Assembly (NCBI GenBank): GCA_964584985.1
Contig: CAZPBK010000001.1
Coordinates: 60,742-124,741, forward strand
DNA: 64,000 nucleotides
DNA from: an uncultured Gammaproteobacteria bacterium
GTDB lineage: Bacteria; Patescibacteriota; Patescibacteriia; UBA11705; JABHMO01
Direction: 5' to 3'
The notes beneath the pieces are model-generated. The model worked only from the letters and a program-made list of their open reading frames with translations. It searched no databases and was not told the origin of the DNA. How positions within the stretch are numbered: position 1 is the stretch's first letter; the number at the start of each line of letters is the position of its first letter. Below, piece after piece: positions 1 to 8,290 of this stretch. The translations under genes and the position numbers were made by a program.

Positions 1-14
1 AAATAGCCAATAGA

Positions 15-422
15 ATGAATAGATCCGGAAAAACCACTAAGAATTTGCGGGAGCTTCCCATTAGTTACTCGGATCTGCTTAAAATTAGCGGTTTTTACTT
101 GGAATATCTTGCCCTGAAGAACCGTTTCTTGTATGTGTTTTACGCTACATATGAGGATTTGGCTCAAGTCACTTTGGCTGATCATATTTTGGTCGGTCTG
201 GATGTGGAACTTGATTCAGAACAAAAAATCTGGTGGCCGCCGGACAATCAGTACCATGTACTTTTGTACGAAAGGTTTGAACAGATCGGACGATACAATA
301 TCTTTGCTCTGATCAAAATGGGCGTGGAGCTTGAAGAAATTTCAAACTTGGAAGCGATCGCCAAAGCCACTGGCGATAAAAAGCTGTTTTATTTGCCCTC
401 AACCATCGGACTTTTGCAATAG
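15..422 (+). CDS. Hypothetical protein, possibly truncated at the 5' end by the window edge
   Basis: 135-aa ORF. The reading frame stays open back to position 3, so the true start may lie upstream of the window. No recognisable motif. A hairpin terminator follows it. Confidence 0.35.
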   Translation: MNRSGKTTKNLRELPISYSDLLKISGFYLEYLALKNRFLYVFYATYEDLAQVTLADHILVGLDVELDSEQKIWWPPDNQYHVLLYERFEQIGRYNIFALIKMGVELEEISNLEAIAKATGDKKLFYLPSTIGLLQ

Positions 423-426
423 TTAA

Positions 427-463
427 AAACAAAACGAGCATCAATATGCTCGTTCTTTTTTTA
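427..463. terminator. Rho-independent terminator hairpin (aacgagcat-caat-atgctcgtt) followed by a T-run; usable by both convergent genes
   Basis: A perfect 9-bp stem with a 4-nt loop, then cttttttt on the plus strand. It sits between the convergent ORFs 15..422(+) and 468..1664(-). Confidence 0.5.
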
Positions 464-467
464 TAAT

Positions 468-1664
468 TTAAATATGTGTTAGTATTTTTTTTAAAAGTTC
501 TTGACGATGGTGATGAATCAGCTTTTTCAGGTCTTGCTTTTTTACCCATTTTATTTTTTCCGCCTCAAAACTTTTTTTCAGATCCATTTGTCTATTGGTT
601 CCCAGGTATTGAATTAAATAAGCTGATTGTTTTTGGCCTTTATAGCCCTTTATTTTTTTAGCATAATCCGGCCAGTCATAGCGATGCTGTTCAGGAATTT
701 TTTTGATTATTTTAAACAATTTTTTTGAAGCACCCACTTCTTCACTTAATTCTCGGATAACGCCTTTTTCCGGCTTTTCTCCAAGCTCTATTCCGCCTTG
801 AGGAAATTGCCAGTGGTTTTTAAAACGAGGATTTTTTATTATTAAAAATTTATTGTTTTGATTTTTAACAACCGCCACCGCGTTTTGTCTATATTTTTTG
901 TTCATCCTTTCTTTCCAACGGTGACAAGTCAAAAGAAAATCAACTGTGGCGTTTTTTACTCGCTTTAAGCGTTTGGGCTCTTGATAAAAACGATAAAGCC
1001 ATTCCAGCCCTGATTTACTCAAAGCTTTTGGCGCCCTTTTTATTTGGCCGGTTAAAAAATCAAAACTGCCACCAACAGCCAAAGCAATCTTTGTTTTTGG
1101 TAGCCAAGAAAGATACTTATCAATCCAGATTTCTTGCTCTGGCGCACCCAAGGTGGTGAAAATAATATCCGGTTGAAAATTATTGATTTTGTTTAATAAA
1201 TTATCGCAATTATTCAAATCTTCGGGATTAAGCTTTTCCGCTTGAAAATTGATTTGCGGATATTTTTCTTGGAACATCTTTTTCAAATCCGATTTGCCGG
1301 TCAAGGAATTATGACGCAAAACAATAAAAATTTTAATTTTTTGATACTGATATTTTTCTAAAAGTCTGCGGGTCAAATCAGCTCCGGTCACTCGGTTTTT
1401 TAGTTTTTCTCCTAAAATTTTGGCTCCCAATTTTAAACCTATACCGTCGGGAAGGTTAAAGTCAGCTCTTTCCAAAACATGAAGATAATTTTCATTTTTT
1501 TCCGCTTTTAAACAAATCTCCGGGTTTGGAGTGTAAAGCCTTAACTGTTTATTTTTGATTAAAGCGTTATCTATTTTTTCCACAAAAAAATTCATCGGTC
1601 GATCGTTAACCGGTACTCCGAGGATAATGGCTTTGTTTTTAAATTCCGGTACTCTACTTGACAT
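468..1664 (-). CDS. WecB/TagA/CpsF-family glycosyltransferase fused to a C-terminal NUDIX hydrolase domain
   Basis: N-terminal ~250 aa carry TagA/WecG-like motifs (TPNPE, LPDGIGL, LGAPEQEIW, GGSFDF). The C-terminus has a canonical Nudix box: GGIELGEKPEKGVIRELSEEVGA (GX5EX7REUXEEXGU). Confidence 0.7.
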   Translation of the reverse strand: MSSRVPEFKNKAIILGVPVNDRPMNFFVEKIDNALIKNKQLRLYTPNPEICLKAEKNENYLHVLERADFNLPDGIGLKLGAKILGEKLKNRVTGADLTRRLLEKYQYQKIKIFIVLRHNSLTGKSDLKKMFQEKYPQINFQAEKLNPEDLNNCDNLLNKINNFQPDIIFTTLGAPEQEIWIDKYLSWLPKTKIALAVGGSFDFLTGQIKRAPKALSKSGLEWLYRFYQEPKRLKRVKNATVDFLLTCHRWKERMNKKYRQNAVAVVKNQNNKFLIIKNPRFKNHWQFPQGGIELGEKPEKGVIRELSEEVGASKKLFKIIKKIPEQHRYDWPDYAKKIKGYKGQKQSAYLIQYLGTNRQMDLKKSFEAEKIKWVKKQDLKKLIHHHRQELLKKILTHI

Positions 1665-1700
1665 GTTTTTATGTTTTTTTATTAAGAAATTTTTTAATAA

Positions 1701-2270
1701 TTAATTTTCAGCTAATTGTTTTTCCTGTTTTTTTATTTTAACTTTCATTAATGTTTTATAGATCGGTCCCTCGGGAGTTAAAGTACTTAACATTAAATCA
1801 ATAGTTTTAACTGTGAATTTTAATGGCTTTATTTTTATATTCAGTTCTAGTTTTTTAATTGGTTTTTTTATTCGACCAAGGGTAATATGTGCTGAAAATC
1901 GGCGTTGGTCAATAGGCAAATCCAATTTTTTAAATATTTCATTTACCGCGTTTTTTATGGGGTGCAATTGCTCTTGTTCATCAGTCAAACTTATTTTAAT
2001 CACTTTTGGATAATATTGAGCGGTAAAAACTTCCAATTTTTCCAGTTTTAATTTAAATTGTTTAAAATCCAAATGACTTTCCATGGTTTGTTTAAGGATT
2101 TCCAGTTTTTCGGGTTGTAAATCTTTTATAAAGCCCAAAGTCAGATGTAAATTTCTCGGATTCACCCACTTGATCGGTTTATCCGCTGATTGAATTTTTA
2201 ATTCTTGGATGACCTTTTGCAAATAAGCTTTGGTGTCCAATGGTAGATTAATGGCTATAAAAAGTCTCAT
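1701..2270 (-). CDS. thpR: RNA 2',3'-cyclic phosphodiesterase / 2'-5' RNA ligase family (2H phosphoesterase, ThpR/LigT)
   Basis: Two H-x-T-x motifs typical of the 2H fold: NLHLTLGF and SAHITLGR. Length 189 aa is typical of LigT. Confidence 0.7.
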   Translation of the reverse strand: MRLFIAINLPLDTKAYLQKVIQELKIQSADKPIKWVNPRNLHLTLGFIKDLQPEKLEILKQTMESHLDFKQFKLKLEKLEVFTAQYYPKVIKISLTDEQEQLHPIKNAVNEIFKKLDLPIDQRRFSAHITLGRIKKPIKKLELNIKIKPLKFTVKTIDLMLSTLTPEGPIYKTLMKVKIKKQEKQLAEN

Positions 2271-2316
2271 AGTGGTATTATAACATTAATTTTGCTAAAA
2301 TTTAAATATAAGAGTA

Positions 2317-3204
2317 ATGGCGTTTATGAAAAAATCACAATTTTATAAAAAATTAGAAAATAATTTTGTACAATGTCGCACCTGTTGTCATTATTGTCGG
2401 TTGGCACCAGGGGAAATCGGTCAATGCCAAGTCAGAAAAAATATCAAGGGCGATTTATATAGTTTGGTTTACGGCAAAATAATTGCCCAAGGTGTGGATC
2501 CGATTGAGAAAAAACCCTTATATGAATTTTTGCCGGGCACTTTTACTTATTCTTTGGCCACTCCGGGCTGTAATTTTTCGTGTTTACATTGCCAAAACGC
2601 GGATATTGCCAAGCCGGTTGAAATTGAAAATTTTATCAATGAATTTGCCGCCAAAGAATTTAAACCGCAAGAAATAATTGATCAGGCGTTGCAGTATAAT
2701 TGCCAAAGTATTTCTTATACTTATACCGAACCTACGGTTTTTGCTGATTTTGCTTTGGACATTATGAAACAGGCTAAAAAAGCCAATTTAAAAAATGTTT
2801 GGGTTAGCAATGGTTATTTTTCTAATGAGGTTTTTACCGCTATTAAACCATATTTAGATGCTGTAAATATAGATCTTAAAACTTTTAATGACAAAACTTA
2901 TCAAAAAATCTGTGGTGCTCATCTTGAACCGGTTAAGGAAAATATTAAAAAAGCGGTTAAAGCAAAGGTTCACACCGAAGTGACCACCCTATTGATTCCC
3001 GAAGTAAACGATCGATCCGAAGAAATAAAAAGAATGGCTGAATTTTTATACTCTGTTGATCCGAAAATTGTTTGGCATATTAGCGCTTTTTACCCGGCTT
3101 ATAAAATGATTGATAAACCTCCAACCGATATTAAAACCTTAAAAAAAATCAAAAAAATCGCTAAAAAATGCGGCTTGACCAAAACCTTTTTGGGGAATAT
3201 ATAA
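2317..3204 (+). CDS. amrS: AmmeMemoRadiSam-system radical SAM enzyme (AmrS-like)
   Basis: N-terminal Cys cluster CRTCCHYC...C, then the radical-SAM CxxxCxxC motif in GCNFSCLHCQN. Length ~295 aa. Resembles PflA-like activases of the AmrS family. Confidence 0.65.
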   Translation: MAFMKKSQFYKKLENNFVQCRTCCHYCRLAPGEIGQCQVRKNIKGDLYSLVYGKIIAQGVDPIEKKPLYEFLPGTFTYSLATPGCNFSCLHCQNADIAKPVEIENFINEFAAKEFKPQEIIDQALQYNCQSISYTYTEPTVFADFALDIMKQAKKANLKNVWVSNGYFSNEVFTAIKPYLDAVNIDLKTFNDKTYQKICGAHLEPVKENIKKAVKAKVHTEVTTLLIPEVNDRSEEIKRMAEFLYSVDPKIVWHISAFYPAYKMIDKPPTDIKTLKKIKKIAKKCGLTKTFLGNI

Positions 3205-3216
3205 ACAGTTTTGGCC

Positions 3217-3244
3217 TTGACAGTTTTAGTCATTATTATATACT
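3217..3244 (+). promoter_or_regulatory. Sigma70-like promoter for clpB (TTGACA, 16-nt spacer, TATACT)
   Basis: ttgaca at 3217-3222 and tatact at 3239-3244, located 48 nt upstream of the clpB ATG. Confidence 0.4.
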
Positions 3245-3248
3245 GGTT

Positions 3249-3275
3249 TTAGCACTCTTTTAGTTTGACTGCTAA
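3249..3275 (+). promoter_or_regulatory. CIRCE-like inverted repeat (HrcA operator) upstream of clpB
   Basis: TTAGCACTC-N9-GACTGCTAA matches the CIRCE consensus TTAGCACTC-N9-GAGTGCTAA at 17 of 18 positions. It lies between the putative -10 element and the clpB start. Confidence 0.6.
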
Positions 3276-3291
3276 AAAATAAAAAAAAATT

Positions 3292-5913
3292 ATGGATATA
3301 AGAAAATTTACTACTAATGCCCAACAGGCCATGCAAGGCGCTCAAGCTTTGGCCTTTGAATTAAAACATGCACAAATTGATGTACTTCATCTTTTAGATG
3401 CTCTTTTAGAACAAGAAGAAAGCATTGTCTTGACTTTAATGAAAAAACAAGAATTGCCCATTGAGCAAATCATCGCTCAGGTTAAATCAAATCTTGCTCG
3501 CCTACCCAAAGGCAATGCCGCTTCAGTCGGAGGACAACAAGTGGCGGTTACCGCACAGATGAATTTTGTTTTGGTTAACTCTGAAAAAGAAGCTAAGAAA
3601 TTAGGAGACGAATTTATCAGTACCGAACATCTTTTGCTTTCGTTGTTAAAAGTTGATTCCGCGGCCAGTGAAATTTTGAAGCTTTTTGGTCTGGATTATA
3701 AAACGGCTTTGGAAGTGTTAAAAGAATTGAGAGGCAATGAAACCATTGATTCTCCGGATCCGGAAAACAAACGAAATGTATTAAATAAATATACGGTCAA
3801 TTTAACTAATGAAGCCAAGGAAGAAAATCTGGATCCGGTGATCGGTCGTGAAGAAGAAATCAGACGCGTGCTTCAAGTTCTTTCCAGACGAACCAAGAAC
3901 AATCCGGTTTTAATCGGTGAGCCCGGCGTGGGAAAAACCGCCATTGCCGAAGGTTTGGCACAGCGTATTGTTTCCGGTGATGTGCCTGATAATTTAAAGA
4001 GTAAGGAAATTTTAAGCTTGGACATAGGCGCCTTAATCGCCGGTTCCAAATTTCGCGGTGAATTTGAAGAAAGAATGAAGGCCGTTTTAAGTGAAATAAA
4101 AAAGAATAAAGATAAATTTATTTTATTTATAGACGAATTACATACCATTGTTGGAGCCGGATCCATTGAAGGCAGTTTGGACGCTTCCAATATGCTAAAA
4201 CCGGCCTTGGCTCGCGGTGAATTACATTGTGTGGGCGCTACTACCTTAAAAGAATACCAAAAATATATTGAAAAAGACGCAGCCTTGGAAAGGCGTTTTC
4301 AGCCGATCATGGTCTTGGAACCTAATTTTGATGATACCGTGGCCATTTTGCGCGGGATTAAAGAAAAATACGAGGTTCACCACGGCGTGCGTATTACCGA
4401 TGACGCCATTGTTTCGGCGGCCAAGCTTTCCCAAAAATACATTACAGACAGATTTTTACCGGATAAAGCTATTGATTTGATTGATGAAGCTACTTCGGCT
4501 TTAAGAATTGAATTAAACAGCATGCCGGCTGATTTGGATAAACTAAAAAGAAAAATTCAAAAATTGGAAATTGAAAAACAGGCTTTATCTAAAGAAAAAA
4601 CCGATAGCGCCAAAAAGAAATTAAAAGATATTGAAAAACAATTGGCCGAGAAAAAAGAAAAAGCCAATCAATTGGAAATGCATTGGAATAAAGAAAAAGA
4701 ACTTATTTCGCAAATTCAGGCCTCCAATAAAGAAATTGACTCCTTAAAACAAGAAGCGGAAATTTTGGAGAGAAAAGCTGAGTACGACAAAGTAGCCGAA
4801 ATCAGGTATGGTCGTATCCCCGAATTGGAAAAAAAGATAAAAAGCTTGCAGTCTCGTCTGAGAAAAGTGCAAAGTGGCCCGGGCGGACAAAAGATTTTAA
4901 AAGAAGAAGTCACAGAAGAAGATATTGCTTCCGTGGTTTCCAAATGGACCGGAATTCCGGTCAGTAAAATGTTGCAAAGCGAGATTGAAAAATTGGCCAA
5001 AGCTGAAAAGGTTTTGTCCGAACGAGTTATTGGCCAAAAAAAAGCTATTAATTCCGTAGCCAATGCCTTGCGTCGCTCCAGAGCCGGCTTGTCCGAAGAA
5101 AACCAACCGATCGGTTCTTTTCTTTTCCTTGGACCGACCGGAGTTGGCAAAACCGAACTGGCCAAAGCTTTGGCCGAGTTTATGTTTAACAGCGAAGAAG
5201 CCATTATTCGCGTGGATATGTCTGAATTTATGGAAAAACATGCAGTCTCCAAATTGATCGGTTCTCCACCGGGATATATTGGCCACGACGAAGGCGGACA
5301 ATTGACCGATAAAGTACGCAGACGCCCTTATTCGGTAATTTTATTTGATGAAATAGAAAAAGCTCATCCGGAAGTGTTTAATTCCCTATTACAGCTTTTG
5401 GATGATGGACATTTAACTGACGCCAAGGGACGAAAGGTTAATTTTAAAAACACTATTATAATCATGACTTCAAATATTGGCTCTGATGCTATTTTGGATT
5501 CTTTGAATAAAAAAGAACTGGGCTTTGGCAATAAAGAAAAAGATGTAAAAAAAGATACTGATGAAAAGATCATGAATAAACTGAAAGACCATTTTAGACC
5601 GGAGTTTTTAAACCGCATAAACGAAATAATTATTTTTGACGCTTTAACCAAGCCGGATATCAGGAAAATCGTTGATTTGCAAATGGATCAAGTCAAAAAT
5701 CGTCTTTTGGACAAAGATATTACCATAAAATTCACCAAAAAGATAAAAGACCTGTTGGCTGATCAAGGCTATGATCCGCAATTTGGGGCTCGTCCGCTGA
5801 AACGATTGATCCAAAATAAAATATTGGATGAATTGGCTTTAAACATTATTAAGGGGAAGGTTAAAGAAAGAGTAACGGTTGACAAAGACAAGGGAAAAGT
5901 TATTTTCAAATAA
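3292..5913 (+). CDS. clpB: ATP-dependent chaperone ClpB (two AAA+ modules with a coiled-coil middle domain)
   Basis: 873 aa with N-terminal Clp repeats and NBD1 Walker [17 protein letters not shown] long coiled-coil insert is followed by NBD2 Walker [16 protein letters not shown] and the C-terminal ARPLKR motif. Confidence 0.95.
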   Translation: MDIRKFTTNAQQAMQGAQALAFELKHAQIDVLHLLDALLEQEESIVLTLMKKQELPIEQIIAQVKSNLARLPKGNAASVGGQQVAVTAQMNFVLVNSEKEAKKLGDEFISTEHLLLSLLKVDSAASEILKLFGLDYKTALEVLKELRGNETIDSPDPENKRNVLNKYTVNLTNEAKEENLDPVIGREEEIRRVLQVLSRRTKNNPVLIGEPGVGKTAIAEGLAQRIVSGDVPDNLKSKEILSLDIGALIAGSKFRGEFEERMKAVLSEIKKNKDKFILFIDELHTIVGAGSIEGSLDASNMLKPALARGELHCVGATTLKEYQKYIEKDAALERRFQPIMVLEPNFDDTVAILRGIKEKYEVHHGVRITDDAIVSAAKLSQKYITDRFLPDKAIDLIDEATSALRIELNSMPADLDKLKRKIQKLEIEKQALSKEKTDSAKKKLKDIEKQLAEKKEKANQLEMHWNKEKELISQIQASNKEIDSLKQEAEILERKAEYDKVAEIRYGRIPELEKKIKSLQSRLRKVQSGPGGQKILKEEVTEEDIASVVSKWTGIPVSKMLQSEIEKLAKAEKVLSERVIGQKKAINSVANALRRSRAGLSEENQPIGSFLFLGPTGVGKTELAKALAEFMFNSEEAIIRVDMSEFMEKHAVSKLIGSPPGYIGHDEGGQLTDKVRRRPYSVILFDEIEKAHPEVFNSLLQLLDDGHLTDAKGRKVNFKNTIIIMTSNIGSDAILDSLNKKELGFGNKEKDVKKDTDEKIMNKLKDHFRPEFLNRINEIIIFDALTKPDIRKIVDLQMDQVKNRLLDKDITIKFTKKIKDLLADQGYDPQFGARPLKRLIQNKILDELALNIIKGKVKERVTVDKDKGKVIFK

Positions 5914-5927
5914 AATTTCATATAAAA

Positions 5928-5960
5928 AGTCACTGTTTTTTTTATGCAGTGATTTTTTAT
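5928..5960 (+). terminator. Rho-independent terminator after clpB
   Basis: Hairpin tcactg...cagtga followed by ttttttatt. Confidence 0.55.
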
Positions 5961-6005
5961 TGCTGAAATTGTTAAAAAACTATAATTATAGTATAATTAA
6001 GGTAT

Positions 6006-7382
6006 ATGAAAAAAACGGGTTTAAGCCTAATTATTTTTGTGTTATTATTCAATCTTTGGTTGCCAAGTTCAGCTTTGGCTTTAAGTTTTGATAATGCTTA
6101 CATCGTCAGTGATTCGGCCTTAACCGACTATCAAAGTATGAGCCTGGAACAGGTTCGGTCTTTTTTAATGAAAAAAAACAGTGCTTTGGCCGATTACCGG
6201 GTTTCAATTGAACCGGGAAAGGTAAAATCAGCGGCTGAAATCATCTGGGATTCTGCGCAAAAATACCGGGTTAATCCCAAGTTTTTACTGGTTATGTTAC
6301 AAAAAGAGCAGAGTTTGATTGAGGATCCTTCGCCCACTCAAAAACAGCTTGATTGGGCCATGGGATATGGAGTTTGCGATTCTTGTGATCCGGACGATAC
6401 TTCACTGATAATTTTCAAAGGTTTTGCCCGACAAGTAGATCGAGCGGCTTGGCGCCAGCGTTGGTATATTAAAAATAGCGATCTTTCTTGGCTTAGGCAA
6501 AAAGGACAAACCTATAATATTGACGGACATAACATAAAAATAGTAAATCAAGCTACGGCCAATTTATATAATTATACTCCACATATTTACGGTAATTATT
6601 TGTTTTGGAAAATTTGGAATAAATGGTTTGAGCAAAAATATCCTAACGGTTCACTGCTCCAGGCCAAAGGACAAGCCGGAGTATGGCTGATCGAAAACGG
6701 ACAAAAACGGCCTTTTTACAATAAGGGCGCATTATTGTCCAGATATGACATTAACGATATTGTTTTGGTTGAACATCGCGAATTGGATAAATATGAGCCG
6801 GGACCGCCGATCAAGTTTGCTAATTTTTCTTTATTGCAAACAGAATTGGGCGATGTTTATCTTTTGGTTAATGATACTTTACGAAGATTTGAAAGTGATA
6901 AGGTTTGGCGTACTTTGGGCTTTAACCCGGAAGAATTTGAAGAGCTTAACGCTTCTGATTTTAATCATTATAAAACCGGAGCGCTAATAACCTTAAAAGA
7001 AGCCTATCCGGCCGGGGCTCTTTTGCAAAATAATAAAACCGGTGGGGTTTATTTTGTTCAAAACGGTCAAAAAAAACCGATATTAAGTCGAGATATAATA
7101 AAACTTGATTATTCAGCTTACAGTTTAACCCAAGTCAGTCCCGAGGAGTTGGAAAATTTCACAACTAAAGAACCGGCCAGATTAAAAGATGGACACCTGG
7201 TAAAAACCGCTGATTCCCCCATTGTTTATGTGATTTCCGAAGGTAAAAAAAGGCCCATTGCCACAGCCGATGTTTTTGAAAATTTGGGATATCAATGGCA
7301 AAATATCCAAACGGTTGAGACCAAGACTCTTGAAAATATAAAAAAAGGACCATACCTTGATTTGGAATTTAAAAAGCATTAA
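6006..7382 (+). CDS. Secreted protein with signal peptide and C-terminal tandem repeat modules; function unknown
   Basis: N-terminal hydrophobic signal MKKTGLSLIIFVLLFNLWLPSSALA. The C-terminal half contains at least three ~60-70-aa repeats marked by NGQKRPF / NGQKKPI / EGKKRPI. Confidence 0.5.
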   Translation: MKKTGLSLIIFVLLFNLWLPSSALALSFDNAYIVSDSALTDYQSMSLEQVRSFLMKKNSALADYRVSIEPGKVKSAAEIIWDSAQKYRVNPKFLLVMLQKEQSLIEDPSPTQKQLDWAMGYGVCDSCDPDDTSLIIFKGFARQVDRAAWRQRWYIKNSDLSWLRQKGQTYNIDGHNIKIVNQATANLYNYTPHIYGNYLFWKIWNKWFEQKYPNGSLLQAKGQAGVWLIENGQKRPFYNKGALLSRYDINDIVLVEHRELDKYEPGPPIKFANFSLLQTELGDVYLLVNDTLRRFESDKVWRTLGFNPEEFEELNASDFNHYKTGALITLKEAYPAGALLQNNKTGGVYFVQNGQKKPILSRDIIKLDYSAYSLTQVSPEELENFTTKEPARLKDGHLVKTADSPIVYVISEGKKRPIATADVFENLGYQWQNIQTVETKTLENIKKGPYLDLEFKKH

Positions 7383-7416
7383 TATTTATATACACTAATA
7401 ATCAAAATCATTAAAT

Positions 7417-8205
7417 ATGTTGGTATTTTCAGCAATTTGTCCTCATCCGCCCATTTTAATTCCCGGAATCGGCAAAGAAAATCTTTCCAAGATTGAAAAA
7501 ACCAAACAATCCATGGAAATGCTAAAAAAAGGTCTGGATCAAGCCAATCCTGATACAATTATTATAATTTCTCCGCATGGTGAAATAAACAGACACGCTT
7601 TTTCCATAAATACCAATCAAGAATACAGGGCGCGTTTTGAAAATTTTGGTGACTTTAAAACTGAATTGCACTTTAAGTCAGATTTAGAGTTTATAAACAC
7701 GCTAAAAGGATTGGACGAGGTAAACATGCCGATTCATTTGGTTTCAGAAAATAATCTTGATCATGGTTCTTCAGTACCACTTTATTATTTGAATAATCAG
7801 AATGAGAAAGCCAGAATTGTCCCCATCACCTATAGTTTTTTGGGTTATGATAAGCATCTGCAATTTGGAAGATTGATCAAAGAAGCGGCATCGTCATTAA
7901 ATAAAAAATATGCCATTATTGCTTCGGGAGATCTTTCTCACCGATTAACCAAACAAGCTCCGGCCGGTTTTTCACCCAAAGCTAAAGAATTTGATAAAAA
8001 ACTTATTCAGCTCTTAAAGAAAAAAAATACAGAAGGAATTTTGAATCTGGATAAAACCATGATTGAAGAAGCGGCTGAATGTGGTTTGCGTTCAATCCTG
8101 ATTCTGCTGGGAGCCATTGCCAATATGAATTATGAGTTTGAAGTACTGAGTTATGAATCGCCTTTTGGCGTTGGTTATCTGGTTGGTGAATTCAAATTTT
8201 CTTAG
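7417..8205 (+). CDS. amrB: Memo-like protein (AmmeMemoRadiSam system protein B-like, class III extradiol dioxygenase fold)
   Basis: Blockwise similarity to Memo1: ICPHPP vs APHAGY, IIISPHGE vs ILGPSHH, LDHGSSVPLYYL vs EHSIEMHLPY, IIASGDLSHRL vs VVSSDFCHWG, CGLRSILILL vs CGRHPIGVLL. Recalled from memory of Memo1, not aligned. Confidence 0.55.
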   Translation: MLVFSAICPHPPILIPGIGKENLSKIEKTKQSMEMLKKGLDQANPDTIIIISPHGEINRHAFSINTNQEYRARFENFGDFKTELHFKSDLEFINTLKGLDEVNMPIHLVSENNLDHGSSVPLYYLNNQNEKARIVPITYSFLGYDKHLQFGRLIKEAASSLNKKYAIIASGDLSHRLTKQAPAGFSPKAKEFDKKLIQLLKKKNTEGILNLDKTMIEEAAECGLRSILILLGAIANMNYEFEVLSYESPFGVGYLVGEFKFS

Positions 8206-8221
8206 GTCGTTATTTACAAAA

Positions 8222-8250
8222 TCCCCGAAAAAAATCGGGGGTTTTATTTT
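8222..8250 (+). terminator. Rho-independent terminator (ccccga-aaaaaa-tcgggg plus T-run)
   Basis: GC stem followed by gttttatttt, located downstream of the 7417..8205 CDS. Confidence 0.5.
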
Positions 8251-8290
8251 GTAATTGTTTTTTTGTGAAAATGTTTTATAATAAAAGCGT

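Noticed and set aside
3873-5651. Multiple 60-180-aa ORFs antisense or out-of-frame inside clpB (e.g. 3873..4190, 4716..5252, 4897..5301, 5364..5651)
   Set aside because: They lie wholly inside a high-confidence 873-aa conserved gene. Their compositions are low-complexity (Phe/Ser/Leu-rich), typical of antisense frames of AT-rich coding DNA.
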